Below, in pieces: positions 18,847 to 28,331 of a stretch of 64,000 nucleotides of DNA (positions are counted from its first letter, which is position 1; each line of letters starts with the position of its first letter). The DNA lies in contig JBPOFF010000001.1 of NCBI GenBank assembly GCA_051251995.1, positions 355,190 through 419,189 on the forward strand, written 5' to 3'. This DNA is from Sulfitobacter sp. (lineage in GTDB: Bacteria; Pseudomonadota; Alphaproteobacteria; Rhodobacterales; Rhodobacteraceae). The notes beneath the pieces are model-generated. The model did no database searches. It was not told the origin of the DNA and was given only the letters and a program-made list of their open reading frames with translations. The position numbers were made by a program, and so were the translations under genes.

Positions 18847-19704
18847 ATGAAAGAGCTTGATTTCGAAGTCTGGGATGTCTTTACCGATATGCCATTTGCA
18901 GGAAATCCATTGGCGATTGTCACAGGTGCTGACGGGCTTAGCACCGAACAGATGCAGGTCATGGCGCGTGAGTTTAACCTGAGCGAGACGATTTTCCTGA
19001 TGGCCCCGCGTGATCCAAACAACACGGTGCGGGCACGCATATTCTTTCCCGCCGCTGAAATACCCTTTGCCGGGCACCCCACAGTTGGTGCCGCGTTGAT
19101 GTTGGCGGGCAAATACGACTTGGCCGATGTCACGCTTGAGGAAGAAGCAGGGCTGGTTCCGGTCACAGTTTCCAATGGCATTGCTCAATTTCAGGCACCT
19201 GTCATCCCATTCCCACACTCCGTCACGATTGAGACAAAGCTTGCGGCACAGGCGCTTGATATCGACGTCGCGGATATTGGCGCCCACAGCATCGGTGTGC
19301 ATGAAGGCGGGCCAAAGTTTCTTTATGTACCAGTCAAGACGCGGGATACTTTGCGCCGCGCCCGCCCGATTGAGCCGTTCTGGTCCGAACTGATGACGGC
19401 TGCTGGCGTCGATTCAGCTTACCTGTATACGCCTGAATTCAGTGTCCGGATGTTTTCGCCCACAGCAGGCATACCAGAGGACCCGGCGACAGGCTCTGCC
19501 TCTGCACTGCTGGCCTCACAGTTGCTAGCCAATGGCGCGATCAACGACGGCGAAAACCGCTTTGCGTTAATACAAGGCGAGGACATGGGCCGACCAAGCC
19601 AAATCAGCCTGACCGTCACCGCCCAAAATGGGGCTATTGAAGCGGTTCACGTCGCTGGCCGGGCTGTGCCAATTTCAAGCGGGCGCATCCGCGTCCCGGT
19701 ATGA
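18847..19704 (+). CDS. PhzF family isomerase/epimerase
   Basis: DVFT..PFAGNPLA, EFNLSETIF, EIPFAGHPTVG, EDPATGSA, QGEDMGRPS. Confidence 0.93.
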   Translation: MKELDFEVWDVFTDMPFAGNPLAIVTGADGLSTEQMQVMAREFNLSETIFLMAPRDPNNTVRARIFFPAAEIPFAGHPTVGAALMLAGKYDLADVTLEEEAGLVPVTVSNGIAQFQAPVIPFPHSVTIETKLAAQALDIDVADIGAHSIGVHEGGPKFLYVPVKTRDTLRRARPIEPFWSELMTAAGVDSAYLYTPEFSVRMFSPTAGIPEDPATGSASALLASQLLANGAINDGENRFALIQGEDMGRPSQISLTVTAQNGAIEAVHVAGRAVPISSGRIRVPV

Positions 19705-19705
19705 T

Positions 19706-19885
19706 CTACCCGACTGTAATGTTCAACAAAAACGCCTGAAGCGCGGCTGTCAGACCCGATACACCACCATCAATGCCTGCAAAGGCGGCAACAGCTAAGC
19801 CGACAACAAGGGCGGTCAGAACCACCCAATCCACGGTGACGGCACCCTCATCGTTTTTGCAAAAACGCTGTAAAAAATTGATCAT
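19706..19885 (-). CDS. Flp/type IVb pilin-like prepilin
   Basis: MINFLQRFCKNDEG|AVTVDWVVLTALVVGLAVAA: prepilin Gly, acidic +5 residue, hydrophobic helix; start ATG 19885. Confidence 0.8.
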   Translation of the reverse strand: MINFLQRFCKNDEGAVTVDWVVLTALVVGLAVAAFAGIDGGVSGLTAALQAFLLNITVG

Positions 19886-20071
19886 TTTTAGTCCTCTGAA
19901 AATGTCTTTAACCGGGCGTTCTGATCCTGCGATACGCAAAGCAAAGCGCCTTACTCATCCCAATTCGCCCATCCCTTAAACACCTTGTGGTTGAATATTG
20001 CGGCGCTTTTATGGCCCAACCCAACTGCTTTGCCCATTGCGCCCGCACCCCAACACGCTACACCGCTGAAC

Positions 20072-20854
20072 ATGCTCAGTTACCAACACATATACCACGC
20101 CGGAAACCTTGCGGATGTCCATAAACACAGCTTGCTGGCGTGGATGCTGGCCTATTTGACCCGTAAGGAAAAACCGCTGACCTACATGGAAACCCATGCC
20201 GGGCGCGCGCTTTATGACCTGACCGATGTGGCGGCGATCAAAACGGGTGAAGCAAAGCAAGGTATCACACGCGTCGCCAAGTGGTTTGGGCCTGACCACC
20301 CCTATTCACAGGTTTTGGACCAGACACGTGCTATCCATGGGCCAGATGCCTATCCCGGATCGCCGCTGTTGGCCGCAAGCCTTTTACGCCCGACCGACCA
20401 TATCCATCTGGGCGAATTGCACCCGCGTGAACATGCCGCCCTTGATCTGGCGATGTCGCCCTATCCGGTCAAATGCCACCTGCGTGACGGATTTGAAATG
20501 GCCTTTGCTTTAACGCCACCCACCCCACGCCGCGGGTTGATGTTGATTGACCCCAGCTATGAAATCAAAACCGATTACGTCGATATTCCACGCCATATTG
20601 GTAAGCTTGCCAAGGCTTGGAATGTTGGCATTATCGCGCTGTGGTATCCGATCCTGACCAACAAGGCGCATGAGCCGATGTTGACCGCCCTATGCGGTGC
20701 CCATCAAGACGCCTTGCGTCACGAGGTGCGTTTCCCCCCTGCACGTCCCGGGCATGGTATGGTTGGGTCAGGCATGTTTGTGATCAATCCACCCTATGGG
20801 CTGGCTGAAACCACCAAGGGGCTCACCAATAAGTATAACACGCTGAAAACGTAA
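20072..20854 (+). CDS. rlmJ: 23S rRNA (adenine2030-N6)-methyltransferase
   Basis: MLSYQHIYHAGNLADVHKH, ETHAGRALYDL, YPGSP, LIDPSYE, LWYPIL. Confidence 0.95.
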   Translation: MLSYQHIYHAGNLADVHKHSLLAWMLAYLTRKEKPLTYMETHAGRALYDLTDVAAIKTGEAKQGITRVAKWFGPDHPYSQVLDQTRAIHGPDAYPGSPLLAASLLRPTDHIHLGELHPREHAALDLAMSPYPVKCHLRDGFEMAFALTPPTPRRGLMLIDPSYEIKTDYVDIPRHIGKLAKAWNVGIIALWYPILTNKAHEPMLTALCGAHQDALRHEVRFPPARPGHGMVGSGMFVINPPYGLAETTKGLTNKYNTLKT

Positions 20855-20863
20855 GGGAATAAG

Positions 20864-21157
20864 ATGGCCAAAGGGTATTGGATTGCAAATATGGATGTGC
20901 GCGATGCACAGGCTTATGACCGTTACCGCGCTGCCAATGCAAAACCGTTTCAGGGTTTTGGAGCCAAGTTTCTGGTACGCGGCGGCACCCAGACCACCCC
21001 GGAAGGTCAGGCGCATCCAAGAACGGTCATTGTTGAATTTCCCAGCTATGCTGATGCTTTGGCCTGTTACGAAAGCGCCGACTATCAAGCCGCCAAGGAT
21101 ATCCGTCTGAACGCCGCCGACGGCACCTTGATGATCGTAGAGGGATACGAAGGCTAA
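20864..21157 (+). CDS. DUF1330 family protein
   Basis: GAKFLVRGG...EG...R.VIVEFPS...A..CY.S..YQ.A..IR. Confidence 0.9.
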   Translation: MAKGYWIANMDVRDAQAYDRYRAANAKPFQGFGAKFLVRGGTQTTPEGQAHPRTVIVEFPSYADALACYESADYQAAKDIRLNAADGTLMIVEGYEG

Positions 21158-21179
21158 AAAATATGCTAGGGTTGGCATT

Positions 21180-21830
21180 ATGTCGATCCTGCGCGCCCTT
21201 ATGCTTGCCTGTTTGCCAACTGCGGCGATGGCCTGCGGTGCGCCTGTGTGTCTGGTTGATCCTGACCATCTGCTGCTGCCTCAGATTATTACCTTTGACG
21301 ACATCCAAAGTGGCGGTGGCCCGGGTTTTCTGGTGGATGACGTCTTGCCGCTGCCCGGTGCCACCTTTGGTGAACGTTTTGCCGGCCAGATCGTGACGCA
21401 GGCCGGGTCCCATGATCAAATCGAAGGCGCGGCCTTTTCCCCGTTGACCATGATGCCGGGGGCCGCCGGGCAAAACCTGTCGGTTGTGCGTTTTAGCGGC
21501 ACGACGGTGTTGAACGGATATGGCGCGGCCGGATTTCCCAAACGCGAGGCGCAGGGCGAAGGCGCTATTGCGGTGTTGTTTGACCAGAACCAATCAGCAC
21601 TGGCGTTCGATTTGCGCGGTGGAGAGGCGGGCGTTGCGTTGGTCAGCTTTATGCGGCGCGACGGCACGCTGATTGGGGTCGTTCCGATTGATCCAACCGG
21701 CGAAATGACCGTCGGATTTTCCCGTGATCGTGGAATTGACGACATTGCTGGCATAATAGTGACAAATACAGACCCTCAGGGACTGGCAATCGACACTTTA
21801 CGCTTTGGAAAACCGCCAGAGGTGAGTTAA
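21180..21830 (+). CDS. Hypothetical exported beta-rich protein
   Basis: Signal peptide ending TAAMA; mature part starts CGAPVC; Gly-rich beta-strand pattern. Confidence 0.7.
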   Translation: MSILRALMLACLPTAAMACGAPVCLVDPDHLLLPQIITFDDIQSGGGPGFLVDDVLPLPGATFGERFAGQIVTQAGSHDQIEGAAFSPLTMMPGAAGQNLSVVRFSGTTVLNGYGAAGFPKREAQGEGAIAVLFDQNQSALAFDLRGGEAGVALVSFMRRDGTLIGVVPIDPTGEMTVGFSRDRGIDDIAGIIVTNTDPQGLAIDTLRFGKPPEVS

Positions 21831-21840
21831 AGCTGCTTTC

Positions 21841-22284
21841 ATGTTTGATCGTCTTTTCCCCCGCCGCGCCCCGGAACCGAAACCTTTGCCGCAGCCCAAT
21901 GCGCAGCTTGCGCTTGGGGCATTGCTGGTGCGCGTGGCACTCGCCGATCAGACCTACGATGCCGCCGAAATAGGCCAGATTGACCGAATTTTGTCTCAGA
22001 CTTTCAATCTGGGTCCCATCGAGGCCGCAAAATTGCGCGCCACCTGCGAAGCGCTGGAACTTGATGCGCCCGGCACCCCAGAGTTTGCGGAAATTCTGCG
22101 CGAAGAAATCGACTATGCTGACAGAAAAGCCTTGGGTGATGCGATGTGGTCAGTGGCCTTGGCGGACGGGCACCGCGATGAGGCGGAAGAAATTCAATTG
22201 CTGGCGATTGAAACAGCCCTTGGATTAACCGAGGTGGACATGGAAGCGGCCCGCGCAAACGCCCTGCGCATCGTCCCAGAATAG
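21841..22284 (+). CDS. TerB family protein
   Basis: LALGALLVRVALAD..Y...E...I..IL...W.VALADG.RD..E. Confidence 0.85.
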   Translation: MFDRLFPRRAPEPKPLPQPNAQLALGALLVRVALADQTYDAAEIGQIDRILSQTFNLGPIEAAKLRATCEALELDAPGTPEFAEILREEIDYADRKALGDAMWSVALADGHRDEAEEIQLLAIETALGLTEVDMEAARANALRIVPE

Positions 22285-22327
22285 CAATGGCTTGGCCTTT
22301 CGCCGAAGGCAGCCTATATCAGATTTC

Positions 22328-22771
22328 ATGTTTGGTGATTTTATAAAACGGCTGACACAGCCTGACCCCGCCCCGCTTCCTGACGCTGATGCGCGCCTGG
22401 CGTTGACGGCGCTGTTGGTACGTATCGCACGATCCGATAATGACTATGCACCACGCGAACGCGATTTGATCGACCAGATCGCCCAAGAACGTTATGGCCT
22501 TGATCCGGCCGCGGCCAAAAAACTGCGCGCTGATGCCGAATCTGTCGAATCGGAGGCCCCCGACACGGTGCGTTTTACCCGCGCGATCAAGGACGCCGTT
22601 CCCTATGATGACCGTGTAGAAGTGATCGAAGCACTCTGGCAGGTTGTATTGGCCGATGGCACCCGCGCTGACGAAGAGGACGCCCTTTTGCGACTTGTGG
22701 CCCACCTGCTTGGGGTTTCGGACACGGACAGCGCCATGGCACGCCGCCGGATTGATGCCGTTGGTGATTAG
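22328..22771 (+). CDS. TerB family protein (tandem paralog)
   Basis: LALTALLVRIARSD..Y...E...DTVRFTRAIK...LW.VVLADG.R..EED.LLR; start MFGDF at 22328. Confidence 0.85.
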   Translation: MFGDFIKRLTQPDPAPLPDADARLALTALLVRIARSDNDYAPRERDLIDQIAQERYGLDPAAAKKLRADAESVESEAPDTVRFTRAIKDAVPYDDRVEVIEALWQVVLADGTRADEEDALLRLVAHLLGVSDTDSAMARRRIDAVGD

Positions 22772-22884
22772 ACGCTCGCCCAAGATAAAGGCTTGCAATC
22801 AAATCAGACAAAAACTCTGCGTTGCAATCAGATGGGAATTATTCCTTTATACCGCATTGAAACGAGAAAAGTGATCCGACACCC

Positions 22885-23661
22885 GTGACAACAGACACCC
22901 CAGTTATCCAGATTAACAATCTGCACAAAGCATACGGTGCATTGGAAGTTCTCAAAGGGGTCAGCCTCAACGCCCCCCGCGGCCATGTCATTTCGCTGAT
23001 CGGATCGTCCGGATCAGGCAAATCAACATTACTGCGGTGCTGCAATTTGTTGGAAGACAGCCAGCAGGGTGATGTGATTTTCAAAGGTGAACCGGTGCAG
23101 TGGAAAGGCGCAGGCCACAACCGCCGCCCTGCGGACGCCAAACAGGTCCTGCGCATTCGCACAAACTTGTCTATGGTGTTTCAGCAATTTAACCTTTGGG
23201 CGCATATGTCGATCTTGCAAAACGTCATGGAAGCACCACTGACCGTATTGCGCCGGGACCGTGATGAAGTCGAAGCAGCCGCACGTGGCTATCTCGATAA
23301 GGTTGGCATCGGCGACAAATGTGACGTCTATCCAGCGCAATTGTCAGGCGGCCAGCAACAACGTGCTGCCATCGCGCGGGGCCTGTGCATGGAGCCAGAG
23401 GCGCTGCTGTTTGATGAGCCGACCTCAGCGCTTGACCCAGAGTTGGAACAGGAAGTTGTCAAAGTGATCAAGGACTTGGCCGCCGAAGGGCGCACCATGA
23501 TGATCGTGACACATGACATGCGATTGGCCGCAGATGTATCGGACCACGTTGTGTTCCTGCATCAAGGCTTGATCGAAGAACAAGGGCCGCCCGAGACGCT
23601 GTTCGGCGCACCCAAATCAGAACGACTGCAAGGGTTCCTATCGGCAACCCTGCCCTCGTAA
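22885..23661 (+). CDS. Polar amino-acid ABC transporter ATP-binding protein (HisP/AotP-like)
   Basis: GSSGSGKST, LSGGQQQR, LLFDEPTSALDPE. Confidence 0.95.
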   Translation: MTTDTPVIQINNLHKAYGALEVLKGVSLNAPRGHVISLIGSSGSGKSTLLRCCNLLEDSQQGDVIFKGEPVQWKGAGHNRRPADAKQVLRIRTNLSMVFQQFNLWAHMSILQNVMEAPLTVLRRDRDEVEAAARGYLDKVGIGDKCDVYPAQLSGGQQQRAAIARGLCMEPEALLFDEPTSALDPELEQEVVKVIKDLAAEGRTMMIVTHDMRLAADVSDHVVFLHQGLIEEQGPPETLFGAPKSERLQGFLSATLPS

Positions 23662-23688
23662 ATAAAAACCAAAACGGGAGACGACAAC

Positions 23689-24426
23689 ATGAAAAAGATC
23701 TTACTTGCATCCGCAGCACTGGTGATGACCGCTGGTCTGGCTATGGCTGATGGCCACGGCAAAACCATCCGCATGGGCACAGAAGGTGCCTACCCCCCCT
23801 ATAACTTCATCAACGACGCTGGCGAAGTGGATGGGTTTGAGCGCGAATTGGGCGACGAGTTGTGCAAACGCGCTGAACTGACCTGTGAATGGGTCAAAAA
23901 CGACTGGGACAGCATCATCCCGAACCTCGTGTCCGGCAACTATGACACCATCATGGCTGGCATGAGTATCACTGATGAACGTGATGAAGTAATTGATTTT
24001 ACACAGAACTATTACCCACCAACCGCGTCTGCCTATGCTGCGGCCTCGGCTGATGTTGATCTGAAAGGCGGCGTTGTCGCTGGTCAGACAGCAACCATTC
24101 AGGCGGGATTTGTTGCTGAAAGCGGTGCCACACTGGTTGAATTCGCAACGCCAGAAGAAACCGTTGCTGCCGTGCGCAATGGCGAAGCGGATGCGGTATT
24201 TGCGGACAAAGACTATTTGGTGCCAATCGTTGAGGAATCAGCCGGCGCATTGATGTTTGTTGGCGAAGATGTGCCATTGGGTGGCGGCATCGGCCTTGGC
24301 CTGCGTGAAAGCGACACCGAGCTGAAAGAAAAGTTCGACGCGGCAATCACTTCGATGAAGGCTGACGGCACGTTGAACACTATGCTGAAAAAGTGGTTCG
24401 GCGAAGAAACCACCACTTACGAATAA
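23689..24426 (+). CDS. Polar amino-acid ABC transporter substrate-binding protein
   Basis: Signal peptide; EGAYPPYN, WDSIIP.L..G.YD.IMAGMSITDER. Confidence 0.94.
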   Translation: MKKILLASAALVMTAGLAMADGHGKTIRMGTEGAYPPYNFINDAGEVDGFERELGDELCKRAELTCEWVKNDWDSIIPNLVSGNYDTIMAGMSITDERDEVIDFTQNYYPPTASAYAAASADVDLKGGVVAGQTATIQAGFVAESGATLVEFATPEETVAAVRNGEADAVFADKDYLVPIVEESAGALMFVGEDVPLGGGIGLGLRESDTELKEKFDAAITSMKADGTLNTMLKKWFGEETTTYE

Positions 24427-24435
24427 ACCAACTTT

Positions 24436-24467
24436 CAGGCGCGCCCCGGCGGCGCGCCTGTCCTTTT
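24436..24467 (+). terminator. Hairpin/partial terminator after the binding-protein gene
   Basis: CAGGCGCGCC-CCGGC-GGCGCGCCTG followed by TCCTTTT. Confidence 0.65.
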
Positions 24468-24506
24468 ACGTCACGGGTGATGACCCTGACGATCTGACAG
24501 GGCCAT

Positions 24507-25388
24507 ATGTTTTCATTCTGCGCCGACCCTTCCACACTTGATCGCCTGCCATGGCTCGCCTGTTATCTGACCACAGGCGTCCACATGTCGTTCTACGCCT
24601 CTTTCTTTAAGGTGCTGTTATTGCTGGCAATCACCGCCCCTGTGGCGCTGGCGTTTGGGTTTGCCGGGGCCATGGCCGCACGTGCGCATTTCTTTTTGGT
24701 CCGTTGGATCGGCAAAACCTATATCGCGCTGGTCCGCGGCGTGCCGGACATTGCGTTTTTTCTGTTTTTTGTCATTGCCTTAGACCAAGCTATCGAATTT
24801 ATCCGCCACAAAGCACTTTGCCGCGATTGGGACATGCCGATCCGCCAAGGCAACGATTTTGTGGTCTGCCAAGCGGCCAAAATGCCATTGGGAAACTCCC
24901 CGCAATGGGTTCACGAAAGCTATGGTTTATCATTGGCTGTGATCACTTTTGCTATCGTGTTTGGCGCCTTTGCCGCAAACGTTTTATTCGGGGCAATGCG
25001 CGCCGTACCGCATGCTCAGCTTGAAACCGCCGAAGCTTACGGCATGTCGCGGCGTCAGACATTCTGGCGGGTGATGGTGCCACAGATGTGGGTTTATGCG
25101 TTGCCGGGGTTAAGCAACCTTTGGATGGTGCTGATCAAGGCGACGCCATTGCTGTTCTTGCTGGGGGTCGAAGACATTGTGTATTGGGCGCGCGAATTGG
25201 GTGGCACAAAAACCCCGCGCTTTACCGATTATCCGCACGGCGATTGGCGGATGTGGTATTTCTTTGTGCTGCTGGTGTTTTACCTATGCTTCACGCGGGT
25301 CTCTGAAATTGCGCTGGATCGGTTGATGAAACGCCTAACCCGCGGTCAAGCCACCACTGGCGGCGAAGCGCAAAGGAAAATGGCGTGA
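24507..25388 (+). CDS. Amino-acid ABC transporter permease
   Basis: YIALVRGVPD, EAA-like motif QLETAEAYGMS. Confidence 0.92.
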   Translation: MFSFCADPSTLDRLPWLACYLTTGVHMSFYASFFKVLLLLAITAPVALAFGFAGAMAARAHFFLVRWIGKTYIALVRGVPDIAFFLFFVIALDQAIEFIRHKALCRDWDMPIRQGNDFVVCQAAKMPLGNSPQWVHESYGLSLAVITFAIVFGAFAANVLFGAMRAVPHAQLETAEAYGMSRRQTFWRVMVPQMWVYALPGLSNLWMVLIKATPLLFLLGVEDIVYWARELGGTKTPRFTDYPHGDWRMWYFFVLLVFYLCFTRVSEIALDRLMKRLTRGQATTGGEAQRKMA

Positions 25389-26191
25389 GTTGCCTGCAAA
25401 CCATTCAGGACTACGGCCTGCGCTCCATTGGTATTGGCGAACGCCTGCTACCGCGCGAGAATTTTACCCTGTGCGAACAGTTCACGCTGATCGGATCGGG
25501 CATGATCTGGAACATCTATTTCGGCATTGTCGCCCTTTTGACCGGGTTCTTTCTGGCCACCGCCCTTGGGGTTGCCAAGGCGCAGCCAAACCCGTTGTTG
25601 CGCAAACCGGCTGAATGGTTCATTTTTATCTTCCGTGGCTCGCCGCTGTTTATCCAATTCTTCTTTGGCTATTTCCTGTTCCTAAGCCTGAAATCCGTGC
25701 ATCCGTTCTTTGATGCCTTCACCGCCGCATGGTTGGGCGCATTGATTGTCTTGTTTCTGAACACCGCCGCCTACACGGGTGAAATTTTCTATGGCGCGCT
25801 GCAATCGATTCCAAAAGGCGATGTTGAGGCCGCTGATGCTTACGGGCTGACAGGATGGACCCGCTTTCGCCGGGTGATCTGGCCCACATCCCTACGCCTT
25901 GCTTGGCCTGCTTATACCAATGAGGCGATTTTCCTGTTTCATGCCACCACACTGGTGTTCTTCAGCGGGTTTCCGGCGTGGCAACAACGCGGTGATGCGC
26001 TTTATTACGCGAGCTACTTTGCCGACAAAACCTTCAACCCGTTTGTCCCCTATCCGATCCTTGCGGGCTATTTCATCCTTTTGACGATCTGTGTGATTTC
26101 AGTATTCGGCTTTATCAACGCCCGGTTGAACCGTCACTTACCACAGGCACAGCGCCGAAAAATTCGCTTGCGTCCTAATCTGATACGGTAG
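25385..26191 (+). CDS. Amino-acid ABC transporter permease
   Basis: IFRGSPLFIQ, EAADAYGL. Confidence 0.92.
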   Translation: MSCLQTIQDYGLRSIGIGERLLPRENFTLCEQFTLIGSGMIWNIYFGIVALLTGFFLATALGVAKAQPNPLLRKPAEWFIFIFRGSPLFIQFFFGYFLFLSLKSVHPFFDAFTAAWLGALIVLFLNTAAYTGEIFYGALQSIPKGDVEAADAYGLTGWTRFRRVIWPTSLRLAWPAYTNEAIFLFHATTLVFFSGFPAWQQRGDALYYASYFADKTFNPFVPYPILAGYFILLTICVISVFGFINARLNRHLPQAQRRKIRLRPNLIR

Positions 26192-26298
26192 TATCCAACA
26201 TTTGATCAAATTATCCGGCGCGTGGGCGGCGGATGCATATTGACCCCGGTTCGGGGTCAATCAGCCATCTTCATGCCCACCGCCAAATCAGGTGAGTT

Positions 26299-27633
26299 AT
26301 GAATAATTGGCTACGCAAAAATCCTCAGGTCCGCACCATTCGTGTGGCCGCCGCTGATTTAAATGGTCAGGCACGGGGCAAACGCATTCCGACCCGTTTT
26401 GCCGACAAGGTCACCACCGAAGGCACACGGTTCCCGGTGTCCGTACTGAACCTTGATATCTGGGGCGAAGATATTGACGACAGCCCGCTGGTGTTTGAAA
26501 GCGGCGATGCCGACGGTGTTCTAAAGCCAACCGAACGCGGTTTCATGCCAATGCCGTGGCTGGATGCGCCCTCTGCCCTGCTACCCATCTGGATGTTTCA
26601 CGAAGACGGCCGCCCCTATGCAGGTGACCCGCGCCACGCACTGCGCGCGGTTCTGGACCGTTTCAAAGCACGCGGGCTAACACCTGTTTGCGCGGTCGAA
26701 CTTGAGTTCTTTTTGATCGACGATTCTGGTCGCAAGCTTCAGGTGCCGATTTCACCACGGCAAAACAAGCGCCGCAAGGCCGCTGAAACCCTGTCGATCC
26801 GGGCCTTGGATCAATTCGACGAATTCTTCACCGATCTGTATGACGCCTGCGAAGAAATGGACATTCCCGCTGATACCGCGATTTCCGAAGCTGGTCTGGG
26901 CCAGTTCGAGATTAACCTCATGCATTGTGATGACGCCCTGCGCGCGGCGGATGATGCGTGGCTCTTTAAGATGTTGGTTAAGGGCCTTGCCCGACGCCAC
27001 GGATTTGCGGCCTCCTTCATGGCGAAACCTTATGAGGATTATCCCGGTTCCGGCCTCCACACGCATTTTTCGGTTCTGGATAAGGATGGCAACAACGTAT
27101 TTGACGATGGCGGCCCAGATGGCACCGATGTGATGCGTCACGCCGTTGCCGGGTGTCTGAATGCAATGGCCGGGTCTGCGCTGGTCTTTTGCCCCCATGC
27201 CAACAGCTTTGACCGGATGGTGCCGGGTGCCCATGCACCAACCGGTGTATCTTGGGCCTATGAAAACCGCACCTCGTCGATCCGCATTCCATCGGGCAAC
27301 CACAAGGCGCGGCGCATTGAACATCGCGTTTCAGGCGGTGATGTGAACCCGTACCTGATGCTGGCCGCTGTTTTGGGGGCTGCAATCAACGGGATTGAAG
27401 ATGGCGCAGAACCACCAGCCGCCATCACCGGCAACGCCTATGCCGCTGATCTACCGCAAATCCCAACCGACTGGGCAAGTGCGATTGATTTGTTTGAAAC
27501 CGACCCACATGTCGCGCGCATTTATGCGCCCGAACTGATCCGCAACTTTGTCCTGACCAAGCGGCAAGAACTGCACTACATGCAGGAATTGACCCCGCAA
27601 GAACAGGTCGAAATCTACTTAGACACGGTGTGA
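26299..27633 (+). CDS. Glutamine synthetase-like protein (gamma-glutamyl ligase, PuuA-like)
   Basis: DLNGQARGKR, ELEFFL, EAGLGQFE, GSGLHTH, ENR...RIP, IEHR. Confidence 0.9.
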   Translation: MNNWLRKNPQVRTIRVAAADLNGQARGKRIPTRFADKVTTEGTRFPVSVLNLDIWGEDIDDSPLVFESGDADGVLKPTERGFMPMPWLDAPSALLPIWMFHEDGRPYAGDPRHALRAVLDRFKARGLTPVCAVELEFFLIDDSGRKLQVPISPRQNKRRKAAETLSIRALDQFDEFFTDLYDACEEMDIPADTAISEAGLGQFEINLMHCDDALRAADDAWLFKMLVKGLARRHGFAASFMAKPYEDYPGSGLHTHFSVLDKDGNNVFDDGGPDGTDVMRHAVAGCLNAMAGSALVFCPHANSFDRMVPGAHAPTGVSWAYENRTSSIRIPSGNHKARRIEHRVSGGDVNPYLMLAAVLGAAINGIEDGAEPPAAITGNAYAADLPQIPTDWASAIDLFETDPHVARIYAPELIRNFVLTKRQELHYMQELTPQEQVEIYLDTV

Positions 27634-27636
27634 CAT

Positions 27637-28317
27637 ATGAAAATTGGTATCCTGATCACCGGCCATCCGCCTGAAAACATGATGGATGGCGGACCTTATG
27701 ACAAATATTTTGCGCGTCTGTTGGGTGAAGACGATTTCACCTATGAGGCGTGGACTGTTGTTGACGGTGAATTGCCCAAAAGCGTGAATGATGCTGAGGG
27801 CTGGTTGATCACCGGGTCAAAGCACGGTGCCTATGAACCGCACGACTGGATACCGCCACTGGAACAGTTCGTTCGCGACAGTTACGCGGCCCACGTTCCG
27901 ATGATTGGTGTTTGCTTTGGTCATCAGGTGATTGCCCAAGCGATGGGCGGTAAGGTTGAGAAATTCAAAGACGGCTGGTCGGTCGGACGTACTGAATACG
28001 ATATCAATGGCCAAAAATACGCCTTGAACGCATGGCACCAAGACCAAGTTGTTGAACGCCCTGACAGTGCCCAAGTCATCGGATCAACGGATTTTTGCGA
28101 AAACGCGGCATTGTTGTACGATGACCGGATGTGGACCATCCAGCCACACCCCGAATACGGTCATGATTTCATTGAAGGTCTGATCACCACACGTGGCAAA
28201 GGCGTGGTGCCCGATGCCCAGTTGGAAGCCGCAACCGAAACACTTGGTGCGCCTTTGAACAACACGGATATCGCTGCTGAAATGGCGGCATTCTTTAAGA
28301 AGAAGAATAAAAAGTAG
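27637..28317 (+). CDS. Class I glutamine amidotransferase-like (gamma-glutamyl hydrolase candidate)
   Basis: GVCFGHQ nucleophile elbow and QPHPE triad. Confidence 0.88.
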   Translation: MKIGILITGHPPENMMDGGPYDKYFARLLGEDDFTYEAWTVVDGELPKSVNDAEGWLITGSKHGAYEPHDWIPPLEQFVRDSYAAHVPMIGVCFGHQVIAQAMGGKVEKFKDGWSVGRTEYDINGQKYALNAWHQDQVVERPDSAQVIGSTDFCENAALLYDDRMWTIQPHPEYGHDFIEGLITTRGKGVVPDAQLEAATETLGAPLNNTDIAAEMAAFFKKKNKK

Positions 28318-28331
28318 AAAGAGAGGGCCAC

